Of a DNA stretch of 64,000 nt, positions 63,291-64,000 are shown piece by piece. The notes under the pieces were generated by a model that made no database searches, was not told the DNA's origin, and saw nothing but the letters and a program-made list of their open reading frames with translations. The DNA comes from Lytechinus pictus. Its lineage: Eukaryota. The stretch lies in NCBI RefSeq assembly GCF_037042905.1, contig NC_087251.1:29080001-29144000 (forward strand). Direction: 5' to 3'. How positions within the stretch are numbered: the first letter of the stretch is position 1; each line of letters starts with the position of its first letter. A program made the position numbers and the translations under genes.

Positions 63291-64000
63291 GGTCAATATA
63301 CAAAGAATAAAGAAGATCGATTTCGAAAAGATTTTCGGGTCTCTCGCCCCATCCGCGACCTGGCCAAATTGTCAGAAATTGAGCAAAATAATTTTTTTTC
63401 CAAAAAAGCCCCCCTAAACACCCCCAAACCAGCCGTCTTCGCTCCGAGGGGTCTTCTGGCATCCGAATGGGTCAATATACAAAGAATAAAGAAGATCGAT
63501 TTCGAAAAGATTTTCGGGTCTCTCGCCCCACCCGCGACCTGGCCAAATTGTCAGAAATTGAGCAAAATAATTTTTTTCCAAAAAAGCCCCCCTAAACCCC
63601 CCCCAAACCAGCCGTCTTCGCTCCGAGGGGTCTTCTGGCATCCGAATGGGTCAATATGCAAAGAATAAAGAAGATTGATTTCGAAAAGATTTTCGGGTCT
63701 CTCGCACTTCCCGCGACCTGGTCAAATTGTCAGAAATTGAGCAAAATAATTTTTTTCCAAAAAGGCCCCCCTAACCCCCCCCCAAACCAGCCGTCTTCGC
63801 TCCGAGGGGTCTTCTGGCATCCGAATGGGTCAATATACAAAGAATAAAGAAGATCGATTTCGAAAAGATTTTCGGGTCTCTCGCCCCACCCGCGACCTGG
63901 CCAAATTGTCAGAAATTGAGCAAAATAATTTTTTTTCCAAAAAAGCCCCCCTAAACACCCGAAAACCAGCCGTCTTCGCTCCGAGGGGTCTTCTGGCATC

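Larger units (their letters stand above)
1..64000. repeat. Tandem satellite DNA array, ~178-bp monomer, ~359 head-to-tail copies, single orientation, running off both window ends
   Basis: TATACAAAGAATAAAGAAGATCG recurs at 1, 179, 358, 536 and so on through the window. Copies differ by a few substitutions and homopolymer length changes. No non-repeat sequence was seen. The ORF track repeats the same few peptides at ~178-bp steps. Confidence 0.99.
33900..64000. repeat. Sub-domain C: mosaic of large block duplications sharing a marker-rich ~10-12-monomer cassette
   Basis: Recurrent ordered markers GATATT, CCATCCGTC, CGATAAG, CACC(C/T)GAA, AAAAAACCCCCC, CTTAACC, CTTGCTCC, GAATTGG and TTTCCGG at about 36.4, 41.1, 45.9, 51.4 and 59.9 kb. 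Confidence 0.8.

Noticed and set aside
83..63999. Hundreds of 60-150 aa ORFs on both strands, including the signal-peptide-like MKSIFFILCILTHSDA
   Set aside because: These are frame translations of one monomer. The hydrophobic N-terminus is the reverse complement of the A-rich segment. Overlapping ORFs on both strands with constant frameshifts argue against coding.
1..64000. CRISPR array or repeat-spacer / variable-cassette system
   Set aside because: There are no unique spacers. The entire 178 bp is repeated, variation is limited to SNPs and small indels inherited in blocks, and no cas, recombinase or reverse transcriptase gene is present.
1..64000. Transposon insertion or strand inversion within the array
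   Set aside because: I saw no foreign sequence, target-site duplication or reverse-complement monomer. ORF patterns keep the same strand polarity throughout.

Overview
The whole 64 kb window is one uninterrupted head-to-tail tandem satellite array. It holds about 359 copies of a 178-bp monomer (mostly 176-180 bp, about 47% GC), all in the same orientation. I see no gene, RNA gene, transposon insertion, inversion or CRISPR array. Every ORF in the supplied track is a translation of the same monomer in shifting frames. The monomer length fits a nucleosome-sized eukaryotic (peri)centromeric or heterochromatic satellite, but I do not recognise the family. The informative signal is in the small differences between copies. 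They show a nested higher-order structure: 178-bp monomer, 357-bp dimer, 714-bp 4-mer, 1070-bp 6-mer and 4105-bp 23-mer. They also show block duplications at offsets of 2677, 4808, 5520-5531, 8738 and 22801/23515 bp. Three sub-domains carry different diagnostic variants (about 1-16.7 kb, 16.7-33.9 kb and 33.9-64 kb), and stepwise mutations let the duplications be ordered in time. Many variants are CpG or CHG transitions, which suggests cytosine methylation. The sequence does not support a novel protein-coding or defence system. All variant positions were read by eye and need confirming by alignment.
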